From contig MU061579.1 in the NCBI GenBank assembly GCA_013265495.1, positions 6,858,124-6,922,123 of the forward strand: DNA of 64,000 nt. The letters run 5' to 3'. The position numbers were made by a program, and so were the translations under genes. Positions 11,431 through 24,308 of the stretch are shown in pieces. The notes under the pieces are model-generated. The model saw only the letters and a program-made list of their open reading frames with translations, was not told the origin of the DNA and ran no database searches. The first letter of the stretch is position 1. The number at the start of each line of letters is the position of its first letter. The DNA is from Vicugna vicugna (Eukaryota).

Positions 11431-14400
11431 TCCATTTATCACCTTTCTCCGAGAAACATTAAACACTCCTTCTTTTTTGCTTAGAGTCTACACTGTGCAT
11501 CATCAGAGCATGTATCCAGCTGTCTCCTATGTGAGGGTTTTTTTCTATTTTGATCTCTATGAAGAGGCTGTCATAGTCACATTTTTGTCTAAATAGGGCC
11601 TTGAATAGTGCCCAGCACATAGTAGTTTTTCAATGAATGTAGGCTGTTCAAATTAATAAGGAAAAGAAAATTAAAACAATGAGATTGAATTTTTAATCTA
11701 GTAGATTAGTGAAGATATTTAAAGACATACTAATGCAGACAAATGAACATGAACGGAAACAACCTTCCTTGAAATCAATTTAGTAATGTTTCCAGAGTCT
11801 TAAAACCTCTGTACTCTTCAGTTCAGTAATTCCAGTCTTAGGAATCCATGTAACGGAAATAGTAAGATATTTGCCATGTAAAAAAAGCAATGCATGGGAA
11901 AAAAAAGCGTGTAAGTAAATACACCAAAATACTATTTAGTGACCATTTCTAAGTGGAGAACTTAAAGCTGATTTTAATTTTCCACTGTATACTTTTCTGT
12001 CTTTTCCAAAATTTATTTAGTGATCATTTAAAAATTTTATAGCAAGATTATATAGTACTTTTATAGTTATATGCGAGATCTTTGAAAGCTTACATATATA
12101 CTCCTAAATATATTAAAAACCATTATTAATGATCTTCAAATTCCTAAGCTTCTTTTATTTACCTCCAAAACCGTTGTGGCATCTTGCATGTTGTAGGTAC
12201 CCTATAAATTATATATATGTAATTTCACATGAGTGCATCTATTTGGGTCCTTAATTTATCTTTCTTCTCTAAATTTAGAAGTGTCACTTGTATTTTTCTT
12301 CTGGTCATTCAATTTCCGAAGACATGCAAATGTCAGCAGATTTATTTTTCTCCAAAACAGGTTAGTGCTCCAGTTAACTGCTGTCCAGATAGTTTTTATT
12401 AAAAAGTAGCACAGTTCTCCCTGTGAGATTTCATCATCACATGCTAGGAGGAACTGAGAAGTTAATAGGCTACAAGGATTGGTTGGAGCGTCTGATCATT
12501 GCTGCGTTATTGCCGAGGCAGACACAAAAGAAGTTCTTAAAAAAATAAATCATTACGATGGCTCTTCTTTACTGATGGAGTTCCTTTATATAATAAATTA
12601 TGTTTGTAAATCCTTTTTTTGGTAAAAAGGCCATTGTTTACTTGACCAAATTTATTTTTACTGAGTGAAGATTTCAGTCTTTCAATAGAATTAACGATTA
12701 TTGCCATTTTTAATGTGTTCTACTGTCTGCTCGACTGCAGGTGACTGTGGCACCCTCTTCTCTGAGCTTGAGATTAACAGACATGTTTTAAAAATTCTTC
12801 CCTGACACTTCAAGGTCTCCTCCTAGAGTTTGTTACATCAAGTACCCATCTTCTCATATTTCTATGAGATTCCAGTATATTCTTACTCTTCTCAGACCAC
12901 CACATAATTAAGTCTCTGCTCCCACAACAAAAATCTTTCCTTCTCTATAATTCTTTTGAGCTCTGATTCTGTTTCTCTCATTCCCTGAAGTATTAATGTC
13001 TTTAAAAGGTAGTTCACACTCAACTGAATAAATTTAACATTTTTAACCTATTGCTTACTCCAACTTCTGATTTCTACCCTTGCTACACTACTGAAAATGT
13101 TTTCTTGGACATCTCCCATCAATTCTTATAACCTAAGCAAGGTCTCTTTTCCACTCTCCAACTTATTCTACTTCTCTATGCTTTTAACGTTGCTTGCTAC
13201 TCTATCTTATTTGAAACTCACCTCTTTTCACTCAGATGCTTGGAAGGGTAGGATGTCAGTGACGAAGGAACTGGGATTTCACCCTTCTTCCAAAATTCTC
13301 TATCAGTGGGAAGCAGTAGTTTGAAAGTGCATTTACTTTTGTAAAATACTCACACAAGTTACACATAAGAATGTTTTTTGGGTAATGTAAAAAAAAGAAA
13401 ATAGAACATGTATACCTAAAAGTCTGTCTTCATACCCTGCCCCCTACACCAACCCATCCCACTCCTCCTCACTTAGTTAAATAACCTGGTGATTATTGTC
13501 CCAATGCTTTTTCTGTGTATCCATAGTAATACACTGGTATGTATATAGAAATAAGCATTTTACAAACATAAATGATATATACATAGATTTTGGCAACAAA
13601 TGAGCTTATGTGTCTATTTTTCTTAAACCTGTGTATTGCTTTAAAGCTAAAAGGAAGAGCTACTAAGGATAGAAAGAATAGCATGAAAAGTGGGGAGACT
13701 CAAAGATGGACAGATGGCTTGGTTTGTGCTTAAAATATCTTATAAATACATAGGCATATTTCATTCCCATGCCACATAAAGCTTCTTAAATTTAGCAATG
13801 GGAGATTAAGTGCAGAATTTGGGGTTTTGATTCCTTTTTAAATAGTCTTTTTGTTGCTAATGTTGAAAATGAAAACACAGCTTAATTGAGAGGTATCAAT
13901 TAAATTCAGTTTCAGTTTTTATTAGGCACTTGAAAAAGAGGACTTATTTCTATAAGACTTTAATAGTAGGCTTTCATTTTCAGGAAGTGTGAAGTTGAAA
14001 AGAGTTGCAGTCAAGGAACAGAAAGAGAACATCTTAATTTTAGTACACTTCTTTTCACATTCTGGCTGTGCCGCCCAAGGTGACTGCATTTCACAGCCTA
14101 CTCACATGCTGTAAATATCTTTGCATGTGGTCAGTCTCATCCTCGCACTGTAGTAACATGCCTTAAACACAGCACTAAAAGCTTTGAACAAGATGGCATC
14201 TATGTATAATGAGGTTTACTCGTTTTCTAGAAAAATGAAACGGCTTTTGAAGTGACTCTATTTGTACTACGTAAGAGAGGATTTCAGTGTTCAAGTTAAA
14301 AAGAAGCTTGGGTTGAAAAGACTTTAGGGGATTTTTCTATGAACTAAATGATTAGAGATTCGTATTTCATCAAGCACTTTGTTGAAAAAGGGAATGGTTA

Positions 14401-16365
14401 TATAGAGGAGCAGATATTAGAAAGGGCAGGGGATTTAGAGATAAGGATAAGAAACATGGTATTAATATGGATATAGTAGTTACAAACACTGGAATTAGAA
14501 TTAATTATGTTACATTGAAAGAAATTAACAATGATCATTAGCTATTACCTGTAGAGATTAAAAAATTTTACACAAAAAAAGATACAAAAGTGAAAAATAC
14601 TTTAGAACTTAAGGACCATTAAACAAGAGATAAAGAATGCATTAATACACATTTAATGACGGATTGAGGAAATTGGTATCTTTTCATAAGGGCTTGAAAA
14701 CTTACGATAGCCCAAGCCTTAGATGCATGTGGTGAAAAAATTACTTAAGCAAGATAGCAATGATTGATATTTTTCTCTCATTTATTCCTATAAATGTGGC
14801 TAAAATGACCTTAGTAATTGATAACCTCAAGATTGGTGATTGTCATTTTAATCATTAATGTTGATCATCATACATACTAGGAGCATTAAAGAAATGTGGC
14901 AAACAGTTGATTTGAGTTTTAATGATGTGTTGCTTGCAAGGTTCTTCAAGGCAAATGCTGAAGGGCTATTTATTTCTTTTCAACTAAGGCCCCACCTGCT
15001 GCCTGCCATACTAACATGAATTCTTAATCTGAACAGATGGGCTTTCCACAGGTGTGGTTACCAAAAAAAAAAAAAAAGAAAAAAAGGATATGACCCACAT
15101 TTATTTTCTTTAAAATAAAAAGCAACATATTATTAAAAGCAAGATTCATTTTGCTTTTGCATTTATTGATCATTTAGAGAACATTTTTGAATAAATTAAA
15201 ATATGTAAGTATGGGCAGACCTCTCTTGAAACCTTGGATTCTACCCTTACCTTGTCCCACCCACTCTCACCCAACACTCTTACTACAGCAGTCTTGGGCC
15301 CTATGCAGCTGAGTGGTATGCTTAAATACTCCTCCAGGAAATTTCAATATGATTTCATCCCATCAGCAAAACCAAAGAAAACTACTGCATCAGTGCTTCT
15401 GTAAAGTGTAATTGAAAAGAGAAATCAAAACTCTTCAGTTTATGATCTTGATCCAGTTCAGTCACCATCATATTGATTTTTTTTTACCCTTCTAAAACTA
15501 GAAACCTTCTTTCCAGGTGTGACCTCTTCCTTGTTTTAGGAACCTTTATAGGCACTGATATTGATCCTGTTATTTCTTTAATCCTCTTCTCTTGGCCACT
15601 CAAGTGGTCACATGATCCTGTTTAATCAGCTTATCCTATCCCTCTAACCACAGTAACTCAAAATGAGCCAGGGAGAGCACTTGGCCAAGATTTTTTACCA
15701 GAACCTCAAAGGAGAGGTCAAGTTTTACTTTTTCTATTGAGGATGTAAAGCTAGTAAGATATGTCTTGAGCTAAGCATCCTTCATACCTGCTATATTCTG
15801 AATCCAAACATTCCAGTATTTTCAGTTATGTTTATGCTGGCTTGAGTTGAGTTTCCATCACTGGCAAATGAGCAGGCCCAACAAACACATCACACTATAC
15901 TGGGTAATGGGTTAAATTCTTTGACTTATTTTCTTCACCTATAAAAGTTGGATAATGGCATCTACCATGCCCATATACCAGGGAAATAATGATAAGATCT
16001 GATGTTTAAGATGCAAAGCATTTATTATCTTATAATAGGTTTTCCAAATGATATATTTCACATACAACTCTTCAAAATAAATATTTAATTGAAACAACAG
16101 TAATCCAAGCCAATTATTTAGTAGTATGTAAAAATGTCTTTTGTTATATTTCTTAATTCTTAATGAGTTATTTTGTTGTTGAGGAAATATTGCTCATCAG
16201 CAAAGCAAAAACTTCAATTTATTTATAAACCAATAACTGAAAAAGTAAATAATTCTTTCTTTATTCACTTAACAGTTTAATCATGTAATAGTTATACCTT
16301 AATAGCTCTTTCTTCCAATACTGAAATTATACTTAAAATTTCTAATTTCTTGATACAATGTGTAT

Positions 16366-17626
16366 CAGTGCCTCTCAAACTTACCAATCACCTGTTAAAA
16401 ATGCAGATTCTGATTCCATAGGTCTGAAATATGTTTTCTTTTTTTTCCTTTACTTTTAATTTTTCAGCTTTATTGAGATATAATTCATGTATAACAATGT
16501 GTAAAAGTTTGAGGCATACAATGTGATGATTTGATACACCTATTTATTGTGAAATGATTACTATCATATGGTTAGTTCATGCCTTCATCACCTCACGTAA
16601 TTACCTCTGTATATGTCTGTGTAGTGTGTGTTGAGAAAATCATTTAAGATTTACTCTCATTTACTCTATATTACTGTATATAATACAATATTTTTAACTA
16701 TTGTCACCACACTGTACATTGGATACCAAGAACTTACTCATCTTCTAACTGGAAGTTTGAACCATTTGATAAACATCTTCCCATTTCCTCCACCCCCAGC
16801 CCCTGGCAATCACCACTCTACTCTCTGCTCTTATGAATTTGGTGTTTTTATGTTCCACATATAAGTGAGATCACACAGTATTTGTCTTTTTCGGTGTTAC
16901 TTATTTCACTTCGCATAATACCCTCAAGGTCCATCCATGTTCTCATAAATGTCAGGGTCTCCTTTTTAAAGGCTCAGTAATATTCCATTGTACAGATATA
17001 CCACAACTCCTTTATCCATACATCCATCAATAGACACTTAGGTTGTTTCCATGCCCTGGTTATTGTGAATAATCCTTCAATGAACATCAGGGTGCAGATA
17101 TCTTTTCGAGATAGTTATTTCATTTCCTGCAGATATATTCCCAACAATGGAACTGCAGGATCATATGGTAGTTCTGTTTTTAATCTTTTTAGGAAACTCC
17201 ATATTGTTCTCCATAGTAGCTGTAGCAATTTACATTTCCCCCAGTAGTGCACAAGGGTTCCCTTTCCTACACATCCTCACCAACAATTATTATCTCTTTT
17301 TTTTATTTTAATAATAGAGATCCTAAAAGTATGAGGTGCTGTGTCATTTTGGTTTGATTTTCATTTACCTGATGATTAGTGATGCTGAGCATTTTTCATG
17401 TAACTGTTGGAAATTTGCATGTCTTCTTGGGAAAAATATCTACTCAGGACCTCTGCTCATTTTTAATCAGACTGCTTGCTTGTTTGTTTTGCTATTAAGT
17501 CATAAAGTGCCTTATATATTTTAGATATTAACTCATTATGAGTTAGATAGTTTGTAAGTATTTCTCACAAGCTCCAGGTGAAAGATGTATCTGGGCTGCA
17601 AACCAACTTTGAGCATCAAAGGACTA
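16366..17626. mobile_element. MER5A-type hAT-Charlie MITE split by an L1 (arms ~16366-16433 and ~17561-17626)
   Basis: CAGTGCCTCTCAAACTT...AAAATGCAGATTCTGATTC on the left; TTTCTCACAAGCTCCAGGTG...CTTTGAG on the right. Confidence 0.7.
16434..17560 (-). mobile_element. L1MA9-like 3' fragment (ORF2 C-terminus + 3'UTR)
   Basis: Poly-T head, CAGCTTTATTGAGATATAATT, TGATGATTTGATACAC...TTGTGAAATGATTAC, then reverse ORF2 sequence (GGATCATATGGTAGTTCTGTTTTTAATC). Confidence 0.9.
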
Positions 17627-18833
17627 GAACAAAACCCTCCAAACAATATAAACACAAGCCAAATGAGTTAGGAGTTGAAAGATTTAAGACAGTATAGTCT
17701 GAATTTTCTAATAAAAAAAACCTATGTGAGTATGACAAATCCTGGCTTTCATTTTCTCATCTAAGATGAAAATATTGAAATGTATTATAAAATAAACACA
17801 GAAACACAGAGGTACTTAGTAAATTATTGATTGACCGCCATTGAAAAATACCGTAGGATACGTGTGTTAGGATTTTTAAGGATCTGTTATTCTAAGTGGA
17901 AAGAATAGATATTTTTTAGTAGGTAACTGTAATAGAGTTCCAGATTTATATTCAGTCTCTATTTTCAGATAATAGTCAATTTGACAAATATATGAATAGC
18001 ATCCTGTAATTTTCAATAAAAAATTGAGCCTATAACTAAATGTGTTCACAGTTGACTGGCCTAAAGTTCATACTGAAAAGACAGGTTGAAATGGTAGGTG
18101 ACTAATGAAACACATTTCTGACTGAGTGACTTCAAGACAACATACACTGGAATATGAATGTCAGTTAAGGTGGCTTCTTAAAAGCAGCCTGCATTGGAAT
18201 GGTATGCAAATTTCTTTTCTATCCTTTGCAGCACCCCTGTAGAATAGTAAACATATCATTTTAATATAAAATAGGTATCTCAGTTCAAAAGTTGTAGGAT
18301 ATAGGCAACCTTATAAAAGCCAGAAGACATTGAATTATGCTGAGAGGCAACATTATTACACCAAGAAATGCACGAAATTCATCAAAATCCAGCCATAAAA
18401 TTTCAGCTAAGAAGTATTACTTCTTAGCATAAAAATTGTTGACATTCTATGCTTAAGAGACTTTTAAAGTGAGAGTAATTTAGTGTATCCCGATAATGTT
18501 GGAGTGATCGATGGATGGAGTTTTCTTGTTCTAAGGTAGAATAACAACTGTTTAGTTGAATTGTTGATTAATTAATTTGAGCCAGCCTTAAGGATATGCC
18601 TGAGAAACAGAAATAATAAGATCTCATTTTTCAGGGTTTTTTGGTCCCTTGATCAACTAAGTCTATTTCGGATTTTAGTTACTAATTGATCTTTCACTAA
18701 TGCTTTTTACAACAATTCAGAAAAATTTAATTCAGCCTCATAAGAGTTGATTTGGTTAATTTTTCCCTTCACATAGGTAAATGTGATCAAATATATTTTC
18801 ATCTAGTAAGACCTGAGGTGGTTTAGGATTTTT

Positions 18834-19465
18834 TTTTAACATTTTTTTATTGAGTTATAGTCATTTTACAATATTGTGTCAAATTCTAGTGTAGAGCATA
18901 ATTTTTCAGGTATACATGAACATACATATATTCATTGTCACATTTTTTTTCACTGTGAGCTACCACAAGATCTTGTGTATATTTCCCTGTGCTATACAGT
19001 ATAATCTTGTTTATCTATTCTGCATATGCCTGTCAGTATCTACAAATTTTGAAATCCCAGTCTGTCCCTTCCCACCCCCCACCCCCTTGGCAACCACAAG
19101 TTTTTATTCTATGTCAATGAGTCTGTTTCTGCTTTGTATTTATGTTCTTTTTTTTTTTTCAGATTCTACATATGAGCAATCTCATATGGTATTTTTCTTT
19201 CTCTTTCTGGCTTACTTCACTTAGAATGACATTCTCCAGGGACATCCATGTTGCTGCAAATGGCATTAGGTTGTCATTTTTATGGCTGAATAGTATTCCA
19301 TTGTATAAATATACCACATCTTCTTTGTCCAGTCATTTGTTGATGGACATTTAGGCTGTTTCCATGTCTTGGCTATTGTAAATAGTGCTGCTATGAACAT
19401 TGGGGTGCAGGTGTCTTTTTGAAGTAGGGTTCCTTCTGGATATATGCCCAGGAGTGGGATTACTG
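18834..19465 (-). mobile_element. Young camelid L1, 5'-truncated, with perfect TSD
   Basis: 14-bp TSD GGTTTAGGATTTTT (18820-18833 / 19466-19479); 3'UTR TTATTGAGTTATAGTCATTTTACAA...TGTGAGCTACCACAAGATCTTG. Confidence 0.93.
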
Positions 19466-21897
19466 GGTTTAGGATTTTTGAAGTTTATGGGCAGATCTTT
19501 TATGAACCTGAGTGAGAATTTGAAGCAACATCTCCATGATCTCTAAACAAAAGAAAAATCTGAGAGTTGATTTAAGGTCTGAACAACTTGTTAAGACTGA
19601 CACAGATTCCAGCACAAAGTTATATGCAATTTGAAGGATAAAGATGATCAGTCTAAAAAGATATACCCACCTGGTATAGATGAGCATCCATTCACTTCTT
19701 AAGGGAGCTTTTAATGCCAGTGGAAATAGTTTTTCCCCACCGGTAGTTTTGGAAACTGATGAAGAAAATGCAATCTTCAAAATGTGAACAGCAATCCAAA
19801 AAAAAAAAAAAAAGACTATCAACTATATAACATGGCACGATTATTTGTGACATTTTCAGGAATCTTTTTTTTTTTTTTTGCTCTATGTTGCCTCTTTCAA
19901 GGTCACAATTTTGAAACTGGACTATCGAGTTGAAAGGGAAGAAAAGCTGAATAAATGAGTTTATGAATTTAGTTCTGTTTGGAAACCACCCTTACATATC
20001 TCAGCGTGTAGCAGTATATAATATACATAGATTAGTGACTTGATTTAGATTAAATATGGCTTGTTATTTAAGTACAAAGATAAATGATGAATATTATATT
20101 TCCCAAGCCATAAAAACCCAACTTTTAAAATACTAAAAGAAGCCATATATCAGATAAAAGAATTTTTTGTGTTCTTTTCTCTATCCTTTTGCTGTTGTGT
20201 TGTCATTGTCTGAAAATTTGAAGTAGATTTCTGAATCTTTTGGAAAGTTTTTAGTAGAGGTAATCTCATGTGGGATTTTTGCCACTTTATCATTATCTTG
20301 TCTGAGAAGTAAACATAAGGCAGATAACATGTGAGGCATTTAGCACAACACTTGCCATATAGCATCCATTTAGCATCTGTAAATTATGCATGGTATGCTA
20401 TACAGTTTCTACTTTCAATATTACATAAATCAAAGTCATTTTTCATGTAAAGTGTCTTTAATCACCAACATAGAAAAAAATAGGTCTTCAGGCCAAACTT
20501 CATCATAATTGCAAAATATTTAGATTTTTTAAAACACTGATGAATAAGATCAATCTTTTCCCCTTTTAGCAGATGTGAGTAATTTTCAAGACAGCTCTAG
20601 TGGTAAGAACTGGGAGCCTGCTCTTTCAACACACATGTGCTGAAATGTCCTGTTTCCCAGCTTTATAATTAGAGATTATTTCACAATGATTTTCAGCACA
20701 GATAAAATTTAGCTCACTTAAGATATGACAGCCATCATCTCTTATTTTCATTAAACATGCTCTAGAGCGGGTGGTTATAGAAATAAGATAGGAATTAGCA
20801 TCTGAAAGTTTAAAGATGATTGCAAAATCTCTTCCTTAGAAAATTACGGGTTTCCCTTGGCTTCGCTTTCCTAAAATATATCAGCACTGCTCCAAGTGGC
20901 AGCCTCTGCTGCCTGATGTATCACATTTGAGCTTTCATCTACATCTACGAAAAAGAAGTATGATTTCAGCTGTTCCAAAATATAAGCTGTGTCTCGCTCT
21001 TGAGATGTGAGGACAGTTGGCTGAGTGTGTTACCAAAGCCCATATGCCCCCATGTAATTTGCCCACTTTTTCCTCTCTGAATGTGTCTCAGCTTAAATGC
21101 ATCTGCTCCACCATACACGCTTTTCAGTGCATACAATTTCCTATGCCTCATAGCAAGCCTTTATGATAAAATTAAAAATTTAAGAAACTATTTCTAGTTC
21201 TTTTTAAAAAATTTTTTCAACTTTGTCTATGTAGCCCTATCAAACAAATCAGTCAGTTCTTTCATTAATGATCATTTCCTGTGGTGTCCATTTAACAAGA
21301 AAAAAGAATCAGACCATGTTGGCTGGCTTTCAGTGGTGGCCCTGTCAGCATTTGGAGAGTATGAGAGTTCTTGGCCTTGCTTCCTTGGAACCAAACTCTG
21401 ATGCTCTGTGGAAAAGGGTCCATGAGGTTCTCAAGATTAAAAGAAATATTGTCTAAGTCCTCACATCTCTTTCTATTGGCTTCTGGAAAACCAAAGAAGT
21501 AGCCATAGAAATGAGGGCATATATCTCACTGTTCTTCTTCCCATTAATTTCAGGATATGGGGCCACTGAATTGCCCACTAGTGTTTCTTTCTCACTTGAG
21601 AAAACTTACAATTTAGCAACACTTGTTACTTGGTACTAGACAAGCCAGTAATGGAGTTCTCATGGAGTCAGGGCTGATTTGTCATGGCTAAGAAGAGAGT
21701 GTGAAGTGCAGAAAGAAGCAGATAAGGCAAGTGTGCAAGAATAACAGAGACAAGAGACCATTTGGTTCCAGAAGATAGAAAATGTGACCTTGATCCCTAG
21801 CTTTATGTTCCTACTTCTAGTAGCTCTTGAGATGTCTCTGAATTTCCTGTCCTGATAGGTCAAAAGATACCACTGCTTCCTTCCAATAGATTCTCCA

Positions 21898-22369
21898 AAA
21901 CATTCAATCAGCAAATACTTACTGAGTCTGTAATATGTGCCCAGCATTGTAGCAGGCTCTAAGTAGACAACAGAGTATGAGATGGACATTGTAACTATTC
22001 CTCATGGATCTTTCAGTTTGACAGGAAAGAGAAGCATTGAGTAGATAATTACACCCCCACAAAAAAACCATATTGTGAAAAGGGAAGTGTAGTCTGTCAT
22101 GAAAGCATACGGTTTGGTAGCATGAGGCCTTAACCTAGTCTGATAGAGGAATATTGAAAGTGGTTGAGGAGAATATCTTTGAGGAAGTAACATGTCAGCT
22201 AAGACCTGAAGGGTAGGTGAAGGGAGAGGGGGAAGTGAAAATATTCCAAGCAAAAGACAAAAGTAAGAGCAGCATGAAGCTGGATGACAGAGCATTGGTG
22301 TTTTGAGAAAATGCTAATTTGAGGAAATCCAATAGAGCCCAAAAGGAAACTGAAAAGTAAGTAAGAATC
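21898..22369 (-). mobile_element. L2 3' end (continues at 25224)
   Basis: CATTCAATCAGCAAATACTTACTGAG...TATGTGCCCAGCATTGT is the reverse L2 3' terminus. Confidence 0.8.
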
Positions 22370-23090
22370 AAAACTTGGGAATACTTTTTTAATTACTGTA
22401 GATTTATAATACATATTGAAATCAGGAAATGTAATGCCTCCAGCTTTGTTCTTCTTTATCAAGATTACTTTGGCTATTTGCAGTCTTTTGTGGTTCCATT
22501 TGAATTTTAGAATTTTTTTTTTATATTTCTGTGAAAAATTGCATTGGGATTTTGATGGGGATAACACTGAATCTATAGATCACTTGAAGTAATTGAAACA
22601 GTGAGATATTGGAATAAAGACAGACACACAGAGCAATGGAACAGAATACAGAGTCCAGAAATAAACCCATGTATAAGCATTCAACTGATCTTCCCTAAGG
22701 TTGCCAAGAACACACAATGGGGAAAGGATAGTCTCTTCAACAATGGTGTAGAGAAAACTAAATATCCACATGCAGAAGGATAAAATTGGACCCTTACCTT
22801 ACAGTATACACAAAAGTAAACTCAAAATGTGTTAAAAAGTTAAGTGTAAAACTTGAAACTGTAAAATTTCTAGAAAAAACAGGGTCTTAGCAATGATTTC
22901 TTGGACATGACAACAAAAGCACAAGCAACAAAAGCAAAAATGAACAAGTGGGACGACATCAAACTAAAAAGCTTCTGCACAGCAAAGGAAACAAATCAAC
23001 AGAATTAAAAGGCAAACTATAGAATGGGAGAAAATATGTGCAGACCATGTATCTGGTAATTGCTTAATATTCAAAATATATAAGTAACTC

Positions 23091-23197
23091 CTATAACTCC
23101 ATAGCTCTGTATATATATATAAAACTCAATAGCTATATATATATATATAAAACTCAATAGCTATATATATATATGTGTGTGTGTGTGTGTATATATT

Positions 23198-23243
<46 letters not shown>
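23091..23243. repeat. Compound (TA)n/(TG)n microsatellite with repeated AACTC(A/C)ATAGCT spacer
   Basis: Three copies of AACTC(C/A)ATAGCT separated by TA runs, followed by alternating TG and TA tracts. Confidence 0.9.
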
Positions 23244-23244
<1 letters not shown>

Positions 23245-23268
23245 AACCCAATTTAAAAATGGGCAAAG

Positions 23269-24091
23269 TCATCATTAAAAAGTCCACAAGCAATAAATGC
23301 TGGAGAGGGTGTGGACAAAAGGGAACCCTCCTACACTGTTGGTGGGAATGTAGTTTGGTGCAACCATTATGGAAAACAATATGGTGATTCCTCAAAAAAC
23401 TAAAAGTAGACTTACCCTATGATCCAGCAATCCCACTCCTGGGCATATATCTGGAGGGAACCTCAAATTTGAAAAGATTCATGCACCCCAATGCAATATA
23501 AAGCAGCACTATATACAATAGTCAAGACGTGGAAACAACCTAAATGTCCATTGACAGAGGACTGGATAAAGAAACTGTGATATATTTATACAGTGGAATA
23601 CTACTCAGCCATAAAAAGAATAAAATAATGCCATTTGTAGCAACATGGAGCTGGAGACTGGCATTCTAAGTGAAGCAAGCCAGAAAGAGAAAAAAAAATA
23701 CCATATGATGTCACTCATATGTTGAATTTTAAAAAAGAAAAAAGAAGACACTAATGAACTCATTTACAAAATAGGAACAGACTCACAGACATAGTAAACA
23801 ATCTTATGGTTACCAGCAGGGAAAGGGGGTAGGAAGGGATAAATTTGATAGTTTGATATTTGCAAATATTAATTACTATATATAAAAATAGGTTTAAAAA
23901 ACAAATTTCTTTGTACAGCACAAGGAACTGTATTCAATATCTTGTAATAACCTTTAATAAAAAAGAATATGAAAATGAATATATGTACGTATATGTATGT
24001 CTGGGATATTAGGCTGTACACCAGAAATTGATACATTGTAACTGACTATACATCAATTAAAAATAAATAAATAAAAATTTAAAAGTAAATT
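23269..24091 (+). mobile_element. Camelid L1 3' fragment nested in an older L1
   Basis: TSD AAAATGGGCAAAG (23256-23268) / AAAATGGACAAAG (24092-24104); ORF2 zinc knuckle [28 protein letters not shown]; poly(A) tail. Confidence 0.92.
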
Positions 24092-24225
24092 AAAATGGAC
24101 AAAGGACTTGAATGGACATTTCTTCAAAGACATCCAAATTGCCAACAGATATATGAAAGGTGTTTGACATCACTATGATGAAAGAGATACAAATCACAAC
24201 CACGATAAGATACCATCACCTCATA

Positions 24226-24308
24226 TAAATGTAACAAATTAACATGTTGTACAATTTAAATTTACACACAATGTTATATGTCATATATATTTCAGTCTTT
24301 TTTTTTAA
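24226..24308 (+). mobile_element. Tiny L1 3'-terminal fragment nested in the older L1
   Basis: CATGTTGTACAATTTAAATTTACACACAATGTTATATGTCA interrupts host ORF2 between CACCTCATA and AGGAAGGCTATT. Confidence 0.6.
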
